From: Balanoglossus misakiensis
Taxonomy: Eukaryota; Animalia; Hemichordata
Direction of reading: 5' to 3'
DNA: 64,000 nucleotides
Assembly: GCA_040954595.2 (NCBI GenBank)
Contig: CM082592.2
Coordinates: 8,047,677-8,111,676 of the forward strand
The first letter of the stretch is position 1; the number at the start of each line of letters is the position of its first letter. The position numbers and the translations under genes are program-made. Below are positions 43,801-54,533 of the stretch, one piece after another. A model generated the notes under the pieces. The model saw nothing but the letters and a program-made list of their open reading frames with translations. It was not told where the DNA came from and ran no database searches.

Positions 43801-46800
43801 CCTCCAGAAGTGACGCCGCGTGCGAGGAGAGCGACATCTCGTCCGGTTTCGACGGATCAAAGTTATCCGATATGATATTGGCATAACTGTGCTGTGTATT
43901 TTAAAAAAAGAGAGAGAGTAAAGAGTGTTTTAGAAGACATGGTGACAGGTTCAGTTTTGAGGCACCTTCTGGGGTTGGGTTAATTGCCCTTTAATGGGAT
44001 ACAGACAAGTTGAGCACTGCAGTCCGCTGTTTTTTAGAGTTAAAGCGGTATTCTGTTGACACACAAAACGAAAATTTTGAACAAAATTGCGGTGATGTTA
44101 ACTATTATTTATTATTAAGCTCATGTGCATCTAGGCTCTGTTGTACCGTAGATATCATGCAAACCACAGTCAACATCACCACACTGAAGCAGGTCAGGGT
44201 GACACATTTCCCCCAGCCATTAATTTTACAGAACCTTGACTGGGTCAGTACGACACATTTCCAACGGCCATTACCAAGAGTGTCGACCTACAAAGATGTT
44301 ACAGTAATATGCGGATAGTTGTTTTCACAAGATACTTGTGGATAAAATTTGACCTACATGTTCGCAGGCTGTGTTCACACCAGCTGAAAGTAAAAGCGAA
44401 AGATAACAAACAACCCAAAAGACTGCAGACTTTAATCGATTCTTGGACAAAGGGACCGACCAATGAAGGGGGAAAAACGCAGTGTGTCGGAACACAATGC
44501 AAAATCCCTGCAGACACACTAGGGAAATGCGGTTTAGCCATATACGGATCTCCACTAGTACATCTGTTACAATTATAGGTTTGTTTAACATGGGCATCAT
44601 CAGAACTATGTTTTTAATTTGTTTTAGTTAGCCGAAGAGTTAAAATAATCCTCTAGTGAATAGTCACATGTGCCACTTATGGCTTTTTTAACCACTTTAA
44701 TAACACTACATAAACTTTTTCAGAGGCCACAAGTGTGTCATTTGCTTTTTCAGGCAGTGCTCATTTCTGACAGAAAGTAACGACTCAAAAATGAAGAGAT
44801 CATTGTTTACTTGGCCAAAGAACACGCTGCTGTAATTGACTATGAAGTATGCACCAGATTTCAATATGCATTGTATTATTACCCTTCCACATATTCTGAT
44901 TTCAATCTCGAAAAGCAACTTAAACTTTTTGTATTTATATCATTTTTAATGGTATGGTACCAAAATATGGTTTTCTAGTAAAACCTGACATATATATATT
45001 TTGAAATAAATACAAAATTTACTGCAGTTCTAGACATCACTGGTTAAGTAAGATTCATTGAGAATCAAAAATTTCAATACTTTTTTGTGAGCGAAATTTA
45101 AAATAAACACCAATAACAGGATAATACAGGGACAATGTGCAAAACTGCTGGCTGCAATAAAATTCAGGGCTGTTTTTTTCAAATGAGATTATGCCACCCA
45201 ATATAACTATACACACCATTAAGTATGCCTCGATGACCGCCACAGATGTGGCAGAACAATAAAAACTAAATATAATCTGTCACATTTGTCAAAACAAGCT
45301 CGGGCATCACGTGTACACACAATCATGAATAATCGGGTCATGTATTCAACGCGATCATTTCAATTCTTAAACGCAAGAGGGCGCTACACCAACTACATTC
45401 GGGCGCTAGTTCTCAAACTCGACTGCAATGTGTGAACAATGAGGGCCCCCAACATGTTCCCGCCAAACAAACATAAATCATGTGATGATCTTACCGTGAG
45501 CATTGGTATAGTGAGTGGAGTGATGGCCATGGAGTCCAAAACAGCAACGAAATCCACCCCCGACCACACCCTCTGCGATTTCTCAAAATCTGTCTGTTGC
45601 AACGTTCCGGCCATGTTGTGAATCCAACGCACAAATCCAACGCACTGTCAAAGCAAGATACAGAAACACACGTCACCATTTTTCCCCTTGTTGCCCATTT
45701 CCACAGATGTGGATTCGGTTCGTGTGTTCGTATTTCATATCAATGAGACTCATTTCCTAATATGCAAATTTAGCCCCAGGTGCAATGGAAATCTGAAATC
45801 TAGCCAATCACAGATTTTCGCCATCCGTAATAAGTGTGCAATCACATCGTCACTCTAAGAGTTATAGTATAGATGCTTTTTTACCCATATATCGGGCATA
45901 TGTAAATTAGAGGGGATTGTGCGGTGCCAAGACTAGCTGCCGTATTCATCTCTTGCATTAAGGGCAGTCAGCCAATAGCACGTGGAAGCAAATGCTGTAC
46001 TTACCATTTCTCTCATTGCTAGCATGTCTTCTGCTTTTATCCTCATGGCAACTAGCAGGGAACGAAAATGTACATATATCAAATGAGCAACATTCCTACA
46101 AATTAAAGTCAAAATGAACCACATTTGATATTACATTACATGTACTTTAAATGCAAAACGATCCTCGGGTCGATATTAGAATTCAGTGTGTTTTTTCCCC
46201 CCAGAATTCAGACCTACTTAATTGATCAAGTTCATTCATGGTCTCTTCCAGCTCGTCCTGGGTGACCTTGAAACTGGCTGCCTCCCTGCACGAGTCCTCT
46301 ATGTTGTGCGCTTCGTCCAAGATAATGATCTGATTCTTCAAGTGAATTTCCATCTGAAAACAAACATCAACACTTTAATCAGAACACAATGAGGGCGTAT
46401 TTACCTTCCAGTACATCTTCCAAAGCAAATTCTTCACACCCTTTCAAGGAGTTTCAAGAATGGTCTTTCATACTTACAGCGTTTCTGATCTTGGGATCGA
46501 TGAGATAACTGTATGGACAGAAGATGATAGCAGCATCATCCATTAGACCTCTGACTGCAAAGTATGGACAGACCTACAGCAAGACAGAGTAAACCATCTT
46601 TTATCATCATTGGAGTGTTCATCAACTGTTGGTGTTTTTTTACAACCTTACTTTAAATATACATAGTTACCCACTATGTTTAATGTATGTTCAATCATCA
46701 TTATAATCATTTACTTGCAAAAGAATCTGAGAAAATCACTGATGTCTTTGTTTTAGACTGACCTCCCTGACCTGTGAACTTACCCGTAACTTTTTGCCCA

Positions 46801-49800
46801 ATGTAACCAGATCTTCCACATCCCATGCTGAATCAACACCTCTATGTCTGAGCTGCTTCTGACTTTTCAACAGGTTTACATGTTGATAGTATGAGCATGT
46901 GTCATTCTGAAATCAACAAGAGTTTTGTTTTCTTTTACAAGGGTGAATTGTTCTTCTTCAGTTGAACGTTTTTTTTATATCAACCACATTATTTTTTTAA
47001 TTGTCATAACAGAACAAGTCACATCAGTGTAGTTACTCCTCTTTCACAAGTTGCAAGCAATATCCAATTGAAGTGACTCTTACATTTTTCTTCTCCAACA
47101 TTTGTTTGCATCCTTCATTCTTATTGGACGACTTGGAGATGTGTGGGTGAACACAGTAGTACTCTCGGCTCGCCAGTATCACCATACTAAAAAAAAAAAG
47201 AAAAAACATTAATCTATGGGTTTGAGTTTTGCTACTCTGCGAGTAAATTAAATGTCACAGACGTGTAGAGTATGGAAACAAACTTCCCTTTCAACATGTT
47301 ATGGTAACTGCATCAACAATTTGGTCATCCTATTTCAAGTTTAAACCAATTGTTTGAATGAACACTTTGGACACACAACTCACTTGACATTCTTGTACGC
47401 TGTCTTTTTCAACTCGCGGATAATCTGCGTGATCTGCTTGTGAGTCCTGGTTCCGAAGAATATCTTGGGAATTCTGGAAAATGCAAGGTGATTGTATCCA
47501 CCTTTAATAACGCGAAGTACAGTACAAATCAGAATAAAATCAGGGGAAGTTCCAGTACTGTGTTGCTGACTCAGCTGAAAAACACACTCCAATTTGCCCA
47601 AGGATTAAAACCAGAGGCTATACTCACTTGATCCTGGGCTGATCTATTTCTTGATCCATCTGTGAGCTCTCCAACATACGCTGTGCACACTGACATGTAC
47701 ATGTACACTGAGCCTCGGCATTCAGAACACCCTGCACTTTCATTTCTGAAGCTAGATGTTGCAAGACGAAAAAGAATACAATGTCAGCAAATCACCCTCA
47801 CAATACAACATACATGTAGTGACAATTAGTAAAGAATGTTCAGTTTTGCCCATGAAAACAGAAGAGAAGTAACTGTATTTTGCACCTAGTGCGCTTCTAA
47901 TCTGCATTTGCCATGGTGTAGGTGAAGATTCCAGATTTTCCAAGTCTTCAGGATCATCCTCGTACACTACACCCTTTTGAAATTTGCTTCTTCCGTGTCT
48001 CTGAGCAAATGACAAAAATGGGACAAACATAGATTAGTGTTTAGTGCATGCCCTGGTATTTAGACATCTTGCGTGTGTGTGTGTGTGCGTCTTTCACTGT
48101 CTCTGTGTCTGTGTATAACTACATAGACACAGTGTTTCAGTTTGCTGTGTTATTCTGGGGTTGGTACAACTTCATCTTTCTTGGGAGATGATGATTTTCA
48201 CCTTTCGAAGCACAAATTCTCTGTTGCCTTTTCACACTTTTTGCATTTGTATGTTGTGATGTGCTCCAACCATCCACACCCCTAAAAAGTAGGTAGGTGT
48301 AAGGTGTTACCACATACAACCCCCTCCCCCTCGGACACATGTCTCACCTGAGCTGGAGTTCTGAATTTTTTCTGCGCAGGTTTAAAATCTTCATCCTGAG
48401 AACCGTCTTTGACATCAGTGGACGGCGCGTTTGTTGCACTGCTGTTATTATTCTTATTCACTTGCTGTGGAAAGCTCACTGTAGGAAGATACAACTTACA
48501 GTGTCAAAATACAGTTCAATAAACCAGTTGCATTGCTTGGCCAATTCATAAGTATATTTTTATCTTACTGTAAATGAAGTTGCTTGCTATATACAGTTGC
48601 AGGCATTATCATTCATTCAATCCTCACACTGAGAACATCTCAAATCTACAGGGAATACGTTCACATCACTCAGCTCACCTGAAGCATCGGGCCTGCCAAA
48701 AGCTTCCAACTGGGAATTTGGATCGAAGCATTTTGATTTTGATGCAGGTTGTGGGATGCCGTCCGAGCCGACCGTCCCTTGGGGCTGATGACAACAACAC
48801 TGACAATTCTTGTTCTCCTCTGAAAACAAACACAAACAAATAAACAAAAGAATCCCAATGAAATTGACAGTAAACAAAAGTTCTCTTCCCGAAGGCACCA
48901 CCAGACATAAGCACTGGTGGATTAAAAATTTAACACTCTCTGCGAGGGCTTCTGAATTTTTCAACGCATGTCAGACCAGATTACACAACGTGACACGGAA
49001 ACTAATAGATTTACAGACTTCTCTCGCCGATAGCTATGATTTTCTTGGCACACAATGAAAGGGCAAATGTATAAATAATAAGCTGACAACGTGCTAGTGT
49101 GAAAAGACACCTGACATTGATGAGTGTTTAAGATACATGGCCTGAGGGATATTTTAAATCACTTTTACATTATCCACCGTCACTTTTATGTAGGCAACAA
49201 ACACATCTTGCCTATCCATCACTAGCTTTAATCCTTTCGCCCCAGTTTCTTGCTCTGAAGGGCTAACTTCACCACAGAAAACAACGGATTTGGACCGAAC
49301 CATGATGGTGAAATGGTTAAGCCAAATATACTTCAGCCAGCATTTTTAATCTTAAGGAATTGGCTTCCTTTCATCAGCTGTCGTCATGAATCTTGAAATA
49401 AAGGCCCAAGGGCTGTGTACCTAGTACTACCTACCTTTTTTGGCAATGTCAATGTTGCAGCAATCGTCTTGGGTTTGGCGCAATGAAGAAACCTGTTTAT
49501 CTGAAAATCAAAAGTAAAAGCCAAAGTTAATCAGTTGATGAAATGGCCACATTTACTGCCCCTGGTAATGTAGTATGATCTCGGCATTATATTATTACTA
49601 ATGCAAAACAGATATAGATTTCAGTAGCTGCTGACAAGATGTCCACAGACGGTAATCTTACCCATTTCAGTTTTCTGCCAAGCAAGACAAGAACACAGCA
49701 GAGCCAAACTTTTACCGCTGCCTGTAGGACTCTCTAGTAAACAATTCTGTTGCCTCTGCAGTCCTTGAATAATCTACAATGAACAAACAAATATAAAAAT

Positions 49801-50124
49801 TTAATTTAAAAGTTTCCTTATTTATAATACAACATAAACGACAAGAGATCATGCTTTTTTTACTTCAGGATCAGTGTTACTGTATTCTTTAGCAAAAATT
49901 AGAACGTTTCTCTGTATCTTTTTGGCAATTTTAGACTTTGTGACAGTTCGTCATAAGGAACATAATTTTTTTTAACATACACAGAACAGAACAACAGAAC
50001 AGAACACAATGAGCAATAAAATGTAACTTACTTTATTCATCATAGAAAACTGTGATGGATAAGGCTTGCAAGGAAATTGCACTTTGATCCCTCCAATACT
50101 TCGTTCAATACCCGGACTGGCCAT
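19674..50124 (-). CDS. BRIP1: Fanconi anemia group J protein homolog (FANCJ/BRIP1), Fe-S DEAH 5'-3' DNA helicase; 31 coding exons, about 1484 aa (whole gene span)
   Basis: Hand-spliced translation begins [31 protein letters not shown]|[33 protein letters not shown]. It contains [15 protein letters not shown], four Fe-S cysteines (YYCVHP, EGCKQ, DTCSYY, VCPYF), [18 protein letters not shown]|[65 protein letters not shown] and GLSKWVRQ. All introns are GT-AG and phases sum to 4455 nt. Confidence 0.97.
24869..25050 (-). CDS. BRIP1: BRIP1 coding exon 30 (second CxxC)
   Basis: [61 protein letters not shown]. Confidence 0.82.
25485..25700 (-). CDS. BRIP1: BRIP1 coding exon 29
   Basis: [41 protein letters not shown]...PEQSNS; ccttccag/GTGAGA. 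Confidence 0.82.
26949..27030 (-). CDS. BRIP1: BRIP1 coding exon 28 (first CxxC of C-terminal domain)
   Basis: [27 protein letters not shown]; ttttgcag/GTAGGT; phase 0-1 bridges the neighbouring exons. Confidence 0.8.
28468..29659 (-). CDS. BRIP1: BRIP1 coding exon 27 (long S/T/P-rich disordered tail)
   Basis: 1192-nt open exon (ORF 28453..29676), acceptor ctcacag, donor CAG|GTGAGA. Confidence 0.9.
29964..30078 (-). CDS. BRIP1: BRIP1 coding exon 26
   Basis: [38 protein letters not shown]. Confidence 0.94.
30241..30308 (-). CDS. BRIP1: BRIP1 coding exon 25
   Basis: [22 protein letters not shown]. Confidence 0.95.
30561..30724 (-). CDS. BRIP1: BRIP1 coding exon 24 (motif VI)
   Basis: [23 protein letters not shown]...[21 protein letters not shown]. 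Confidence 0.96.
30854..30960 (-). CDS. BRIP1: BRIP1 coding exon 23 (motif V)
   Basis: [36 protein letters not shown]. Confidence 0.96.
31427..31556 (-). CDS. BRIP1: BRIP1 coding exon 22
   Basis: [43 protein letters not shown]. Confidence 0.95.
32271..32300. repeat. (GAT)n microsatellite
   Basis: About 10 GAT units in a BRIP1 intron. Confidence 0.9.
32332..32454 (-). CDS. BRIP1: BRIP1 coding exon 21 (motif IV)
   Basis: [41 protein letters not shown]. Confidence 0.95.
33451..33519 (-). CDS. BRIP1: BRIP1 coding exon 20
   Basis: [23 protein letters not shown]. Confidence 0.93.
34237..34377 (-). CDS. BRIP1: BRIP1 coding exon 19 (motif III)
   Basis: [47 protein letters not shown]. Confidence 0.96.
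37780..37809 (+). repeat. G30 homopolymer (G-quadruplex-capable)
   Basis: 30 consecutive G in the 7.7-kb BRIP1 intron. Confidence 0.9.
42073..42125 (-). CDS. BRIP1: BRIP1 coding exon 18
   Basis: [18 protein letters not shown]. Confidence 0.93.
42836..42869 (-). CDS. BRIP1: BRIP1 coding exon 17 (34-nt small exon)
   Basis: [11 protein letters not shown]; strong ctttttcacag/GTGAGT sites, required for phase. Confidence 0.8.
43609..43648 (-). CDS. BRIP1: BRIP1 coding exon 16
   Basis: [13 protein letters not shown]; donor GTGAGT. Confidence 0.85.
43740..43891 (-). CDS. BRIP1: BRIP1 coding exon 15
   Basis: HSYANIISD...[24 protein letters not shown]. Confidence 0.92.
45495..45644 (-). CDS. BRIP1: BRIP1 coding exon 14 (Arch domain)
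   Basis: [50 protein letters not shown]. Confidence 0.9.
46005..46051 (-). CDS. BRIP1: BRIP1 coding exon 13
   Basis: [16 protein letters not shown]; donor GTAAGT. Confidence 0.85.
46218..46353 (-). CDS. BRIP1: BRIP1 coding exon 12 (DEAH / Walker B)
   Basis: [45 protein letters not shown]. Confidence 0.96.
46478..46573 (-). CDS. BRIP1: BRIP1 coding exon 11 (Fe-S Cys 4)
   Basis: [32 protein letters not shown]. Confidence 0.95.
46784..46906 (-). CDS. BRIP1: BRIP1 coding exon 10 (Fe-S Cys 3)
   Basis: [11 protein letters not shown]...[15 protein letters not shown]. Confidence 0.95.
47084..47186 (-). CDS. BRIP1: BRIP1 coding exon 9 (Fe-S Cys 1-2)
   Basis: [34 protein letters not shown]. Confidence 0.95.
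47384..47473 (-). CDS. BRIP1: BRIP1 coding exon 8 (motif Ia)
   Basis: [30 protein letters not shown]. Confidence 0.95.
47628..47751 (-). CDS. BRIP1: BRIP1 coding exon 7
   Basis: [41 protein letters not shown]; donor GTGAGT, phase 1-2. Confidence 0.75.
47886..48000 (-). CDS. BRIP1: BRIP1 coding exon 6
   Basis: [38 protein letters not shown]; donor GTGCAA is weak but fits phase. Confidence 0.7.
48348..48478 (-). CDS. BRIP1: BRIP1 coding exon 5
   Basis: VSFPQQVN...[17 protein letters not shown]; donor GTGAGA. Confidence 0.85.
48679..48819 (-). CDS. BRIP1: BRIP1 coding exon 4
   Basis: [15 protein letters not shown]...PDAS; Cys cluster resembles the CCCxC seen in vertebrate BRIP1. Confidence 0.85.
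49228..49320. mobile_element. About 93-bp TTAA-flanked MITE (piggyBac-like ends), copy 1
   Basis: TTAATCCTTTCGCC ... GGTGAAATGGTTAA; internal similarity to 60834-60927. Confidence 0.7.
49435..49500 (-). CDS. BRIP1: BRIP1 coding exon 3
   Basis: [22 protein letters not shown]; phase 1-1, ttttcag/GTAGG. Confidence 0.75.
49662..49773 (-). CDS. BRIP1: BRIP1 coding exon 2 (Walker A)
   Basis: [37 protein letters not shown]. Confidence 0.96.
50032..50124 (-). CDS. BRIP1: BRIP1 coding exon 1 (ATG, Q motif)
   Basis: [31 protein letters not shown]; donor GTAAGT; upstream acceptor near 50149 implies a separate 5'UTR exon. Confidence 0.95.
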
Positions 50125-50817
50125 TATTATTTTTTAAGTAAAGCAGGTCTACAGTAAATCTGGGAATGTATGAACACAGAAAAAAATCTCTTTATAGTAC
50201 TAGACCAGGTGAGATTCAACAGATGTGCCATAATGGGAGGAAAACCTCATCCCTGGCGGGACAATGCTCATAAAGCTTCCAGAAAACTACAATTAATTAT
50301 TGTATCATGTTTCAATGGGTTTTAAATTCAGTTTTTTACTGATTGATACAGACTTGATATTTTATTACCAAATCTGTTTATTTAAGACCAAGCAAATGTG
50401 CCCCAAAATGGTTTGCAATCAGCAGAACTTTAATATGTGCATTGCACAGGTGTGTCTATATGTAAGTGCAGTTCATCTCTAGTTGCTATGCAACAGTTGC
50501 AATACTTGCCAGGGCAGTCTTGTAAATTAAATGTCAAATCTTTATTGGTTGTTTCCAGGGGTACAATAATATTACTCATAGGCATGATATTACAGTAAAT
50601 TCACTGATTGTCTGTATGGATTATATCAGTGTCTTCAAATCAAGGATTGGCATTTAGCAATGCAGCCAGTATATTATGACTATAAAAGTTACATTTGTAC
50701 AGATGTTTCAGTGAAACTAGGTGTATAATCAATTCATTTCTTGTAATGAGTAAAACTTTCATCGAAATCCGCCAAAGCATATAGCATAGCACAGACCATT
50801 GGCGATCGAACTAAACT

Positions 50818-50864
50818 GGGGGGGGGGGGGGGGGGGTAGAGAGAGATGGGCCGGGGGGGGGGGG
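50818..50864 (+). repeat. G19 and G12 homopolymers upstream of the BRIP1 ATG exon
   Basis: Seen directly. Confidence 0.9.
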
Positions 50865-51479
50865 TCTGCTAGCTGTTGTTGTACATGTACATGATGAACA
50901 CTCGGACGTTCAATGGCGAAGAACACACCACTGACTACCATCCCCGAAGCCAGTTGCGAGTGGAGGGGGTAGGGTAACGTTAACAAGCGTTCGAGTGTGA
51001 AACCAGCACACCCCTCGGTCTGCCAATGAGTCCGGGGCAAACGGCGATATTGCTCCGCCGCGCAGTCGCCTGGGTGTTCTTGGAAAATGTGCTGTGGCTG
51101 CGCAGAACAGACTTGGACCCCACAACAACAAGCGACTTCACTTGTGAGGGAGGCGGCGACGAAGTAACACGCCCGACCCGCTGACGTGACCAAGTCTGCA
51201 ATTGAATGATGAATTTGATTTGGTTATGAACTGGCGGTCAAGACTGGTGGTTTTAAACGATTTTGCTCACCCAAATCACGATGCCTTTTCCCTGCTGCTC
51301 TTGCTTGACGTTCAAAACAAACTTGGAGTTGACGATAAACCTTGCGATTCGTCGTCTGGAATAGCAGGCGTCACAATTCCAAAATAATCCGTCAAAACAT
51401 TACACATATGGGCAGTTTAGTTCCAGCAGACTGCCGGCGATCTCGTTACGTCTACAGTCGCAACCAGAATGATAAGTTT

Positions 51480-51620
51480 TACCGCGTCATTCGATTTCTA
51501 AAATGAAATTTGCCGCCATTTCCGATTTGTCACATTGTTTATCTCACTTCCGCCATATTGGAGTACGATTCTGCGCAAAATAAGTACCCATATTGCTTTG
51601 CGCGTAAGCAAACTTCTGAA
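51480..51620 (-). promoter_or_regulatory. Probable BRIP1 promoter/TSS region (TATA-less, YY1 and ETS motifs)
   Basis: GCCGCCATTT at 51512-51521 and ACTTCCGCCAT at 51546-51556, at the right edge of a CpG-rich block (about 50750-51600) upstream of the ATG exon; AT-rich sequence beyond. Confidence 0.55.
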
Positions 51621-51937
51621 ACTTTTTACATGTATCAAAGTGTATGTCGTGGCGTTCATTGGTACTGCCATGTGTCCAAATTCAAATAATGTTATTAATA
51701 AAGATATTTAAATATGAATATTTTGATAATAAGTAGTCTTCTTTACCCCCACCACCACAACAAGAGAGATGTAACAGAGAGATGATAATATTCCCGCTTT
51801 ATATGTTGAATAAACATTGTTAAGAAACACAATGGAGGTCATGTATGATGGAGCCCTTTCCAGTCAACTGAAAAGTGTCATCACTACTAAATAATATAAA
51901 GACAGAACGCAGTTTCATTTCTTGATTAGTAGAGCCA

Positions 51938-53827
51938 TTTAATTAGAAATAAAGTCATGAGTTGAAACAGTATCAGTACAATTCAATTGCAAATGTTTAT
52001 ATAAAATTGTAATCAAGATGTAAAAAGACAGACCAGTGTTTTGTATAAATATTATTCATGGCTAGTGATGAGCCACAGTCTCATAAAAAAATTCTACTAA
52101 AATAGAAAATAAAATCAGACTGGAAATTCAGTCACTACCAAAAGATACAAAAAATACGATTTCAGAGTATATGCAATATATACAGTACCTGATATGTAAT
52201 GTAAATGCAGCTTAGGAACCACAGACTTATGTAAAAACTATGGTAAGCATATCTGTGTATAAAAGATTTGCATCGTCGGATGCATTTCTAAAAAGGCAGT
52301 TTCACTAGAGTTTGCTGAACAGGATAGCATACAACAAGATAAATATATGTAAAATTGAAGCTATAAAAATTCAAGGCAATGTGTGACCAGCATGTACTGC
52401 ACTGGTGAATGATGCGTTACGGGAAGACTTTGATTTCTTTCCTACAATAGTTTATATTCAGCAGAGCATCTTGTGATGTAAAGTGGCCTAGGGCATGTTC
52501 AAAACACACTCACACAGCCAGATTGAAGACCATAAATATTGTGTGTAAAGCAGTAGTGCCAATTATAATATACATATTGCTACTTGTAATCAAAGTATAA
52601 AGTAATGTCTGAGTTTCTTAATCTCATAAAGCAATCCCTTGAATATATATGAGTCGATCCAAAGTGTCACAGTTAAACAATCGTAACTTCTGCCAGTTTC
52701 AATTCTATTCATCAAGTTGTGTCAGACACAGTATTTTTCAATATAAATACATATATTTGTTCTCAGTATCTAAATTAATGTTCTCTATGATTTTATGGAA
52801 GAAACCTTCTCCATAATAATAGGGTACCTAGGAATGTCACTAAGTATAAATGGTGATGAAATTGGAGCTACCGATATACAGCTTGTTTTTAAAAAAGCTA
52901 TAAAAGTCCAATGAAAATATATATTCTAAAAAATAATATCTCAAATAGATTACTTTCAAGACAACCGCATTAGACTTTGTATTTTGGAAAACTTCTGCAG
53001 AGAACTGAACAATTCAGGAAAAGACTTTCTACTGTGACCTATGACCTGACCAAGTTGACCTCCACAATGTCGAACAATCAGTTTTCTGGTAAATAATGCA
53101 TAGTAAATTGACTGTAATTAACATGACAAAATTAAAGTTCACTTGCCTTCATTCCAATTTCAGAAACTTAGTTCTAGGTGTAATTTTCCAGCATTACATT
53201 TCATCTTTCCTTACAAAATGTATTGTTTTTTAAAGTACATACCTGACAAGATAAAACACCTTCTCTTATGTAAAAGTTTATCTTTGTAAATATGTTCACA
53301 AATCTTCCATCTCACTTTAATATAACTTACTATAAAATATTTTCAATGTAAAAGTAGTCATCACAACAAACAGCAAGAATACCAAAGAAAATTTCAAATT
53401 TATATGTAAGAGTGTGTAATCTCAACAGTTGTGCACATTACATGAAGCAAGGTTATTTCATTGCAAACACAGTAACCCCCAGCGAACTCCCATGACCCCT
53501 ACATGGCCCCAAAAGTATCCCATGATGCAAAGACATCAAAGGTGTCTTTTCGATTCATTGCTAAAGTGCTGTAAAACGCAGTCTCCTTTTATCAATACAT
53601 GAAGTATGCAAGTTCATGGCACAGAAACTTCCCCTTTGACCTTGGAAATAGCACAATCACCTAGAAAATCCTTTCATGTTATTTTTATTAGTACTACTAA
53701 ATATTGCTTGATGAATGCAACAGGTGATCGGGGAAGGTCATCTATACCTATTTCTGTGTTTAATTTTCTGTTCATTTTGCTGCTGTTATGATGAATATAG
53801 ATTTCAAAATTTCTTTGGCAGATTGAT
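51938..53827 (-). other. Probable long AT-rich 3'UTR of the cadherin gene
   Basis: AT-rich, CpG-poor sequence with no credible ORF after the stop; candidate ATTAAA at 51938-51943. Confidence 0.45.
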
Positions 53828-54533
53828 TTAGCGTCGGTCATCATCACTATCACTGTCTCTATCATCAGAGTCATAGACCGGATTGTCCTTTGTCAGTTCC
53901 TCCGTGGTTAACACACCAGACGGTTTCTGGAATCTCTTTGCCAGTTCCTTCACACTCAGGTTCGTTTTCCTCTTACTCTTCTTCTCCGCATTTTCCGCCG
54001 CGCCCTCGTCTTCGGGCTGCCTCTGCGGCACGCCACCGAGGGCCGGTTCAGCGTGATCGTAGCTCGGATTCTGGAAAGCCACGGCGTTACCGGGGAGATC
54101 GACCACCAGATCCTTCTTCAGGTCGTCCTCCGCGCCCTCGTCCAAGTCCATCTCGCGCGTCTCGTAATTGCCCAGGTTGTTCTTGCTGGACACAAACTGC
54201 AGAGTCTGCCCGTCGGTCACCGTTCTCGGCCTCTGCTCCGTTTCAACCGCCAAGCGAGGGCGCGCGCCCTGGTTATTGAATTCGGCTCGGAGGTCATTCG
54301 TCACTTTGACGCTCACGATATTGTTCTTGGGATTATGTATCGGCCGATTAGCGATACTGGCCATCTGTGCACGAGCCTGTTCTTCCTGTTCTTGCGCCCT
54401 CTCCTGGCTGACCATTTCTTCAAAGTCGAAGAACGTCGGGTTTTCGAGATCATGGATTTCACCACCACGCTGATCTTCCTGCATGTCTTGAAATTCTGGT
54501 CCCATTTCAACCTTTTGTCTGTTAGGATCATAT
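53828..54533 (-). CDS. Cadherin gene terminal exon (cytoplasmic tail)
   Basis: YDPNRQKVEMGPEF...ENPTF...FQNPSY...DNPVYDSDD...RR*. Confidence 0.9.

Noticed and set aside
44688-45046. Possible decayed TTAACCA-ended DNA transposon
   Set aside because: Terminal inverted match is only about 7 bp; insufficient support
50759-51387. ORFs in the CpG-rich block upstream of the BRIP1 ATG exon
   Set aside because: Short, stops in all extended frames, no homology; better explained as promoter, 5'UTR or first intron
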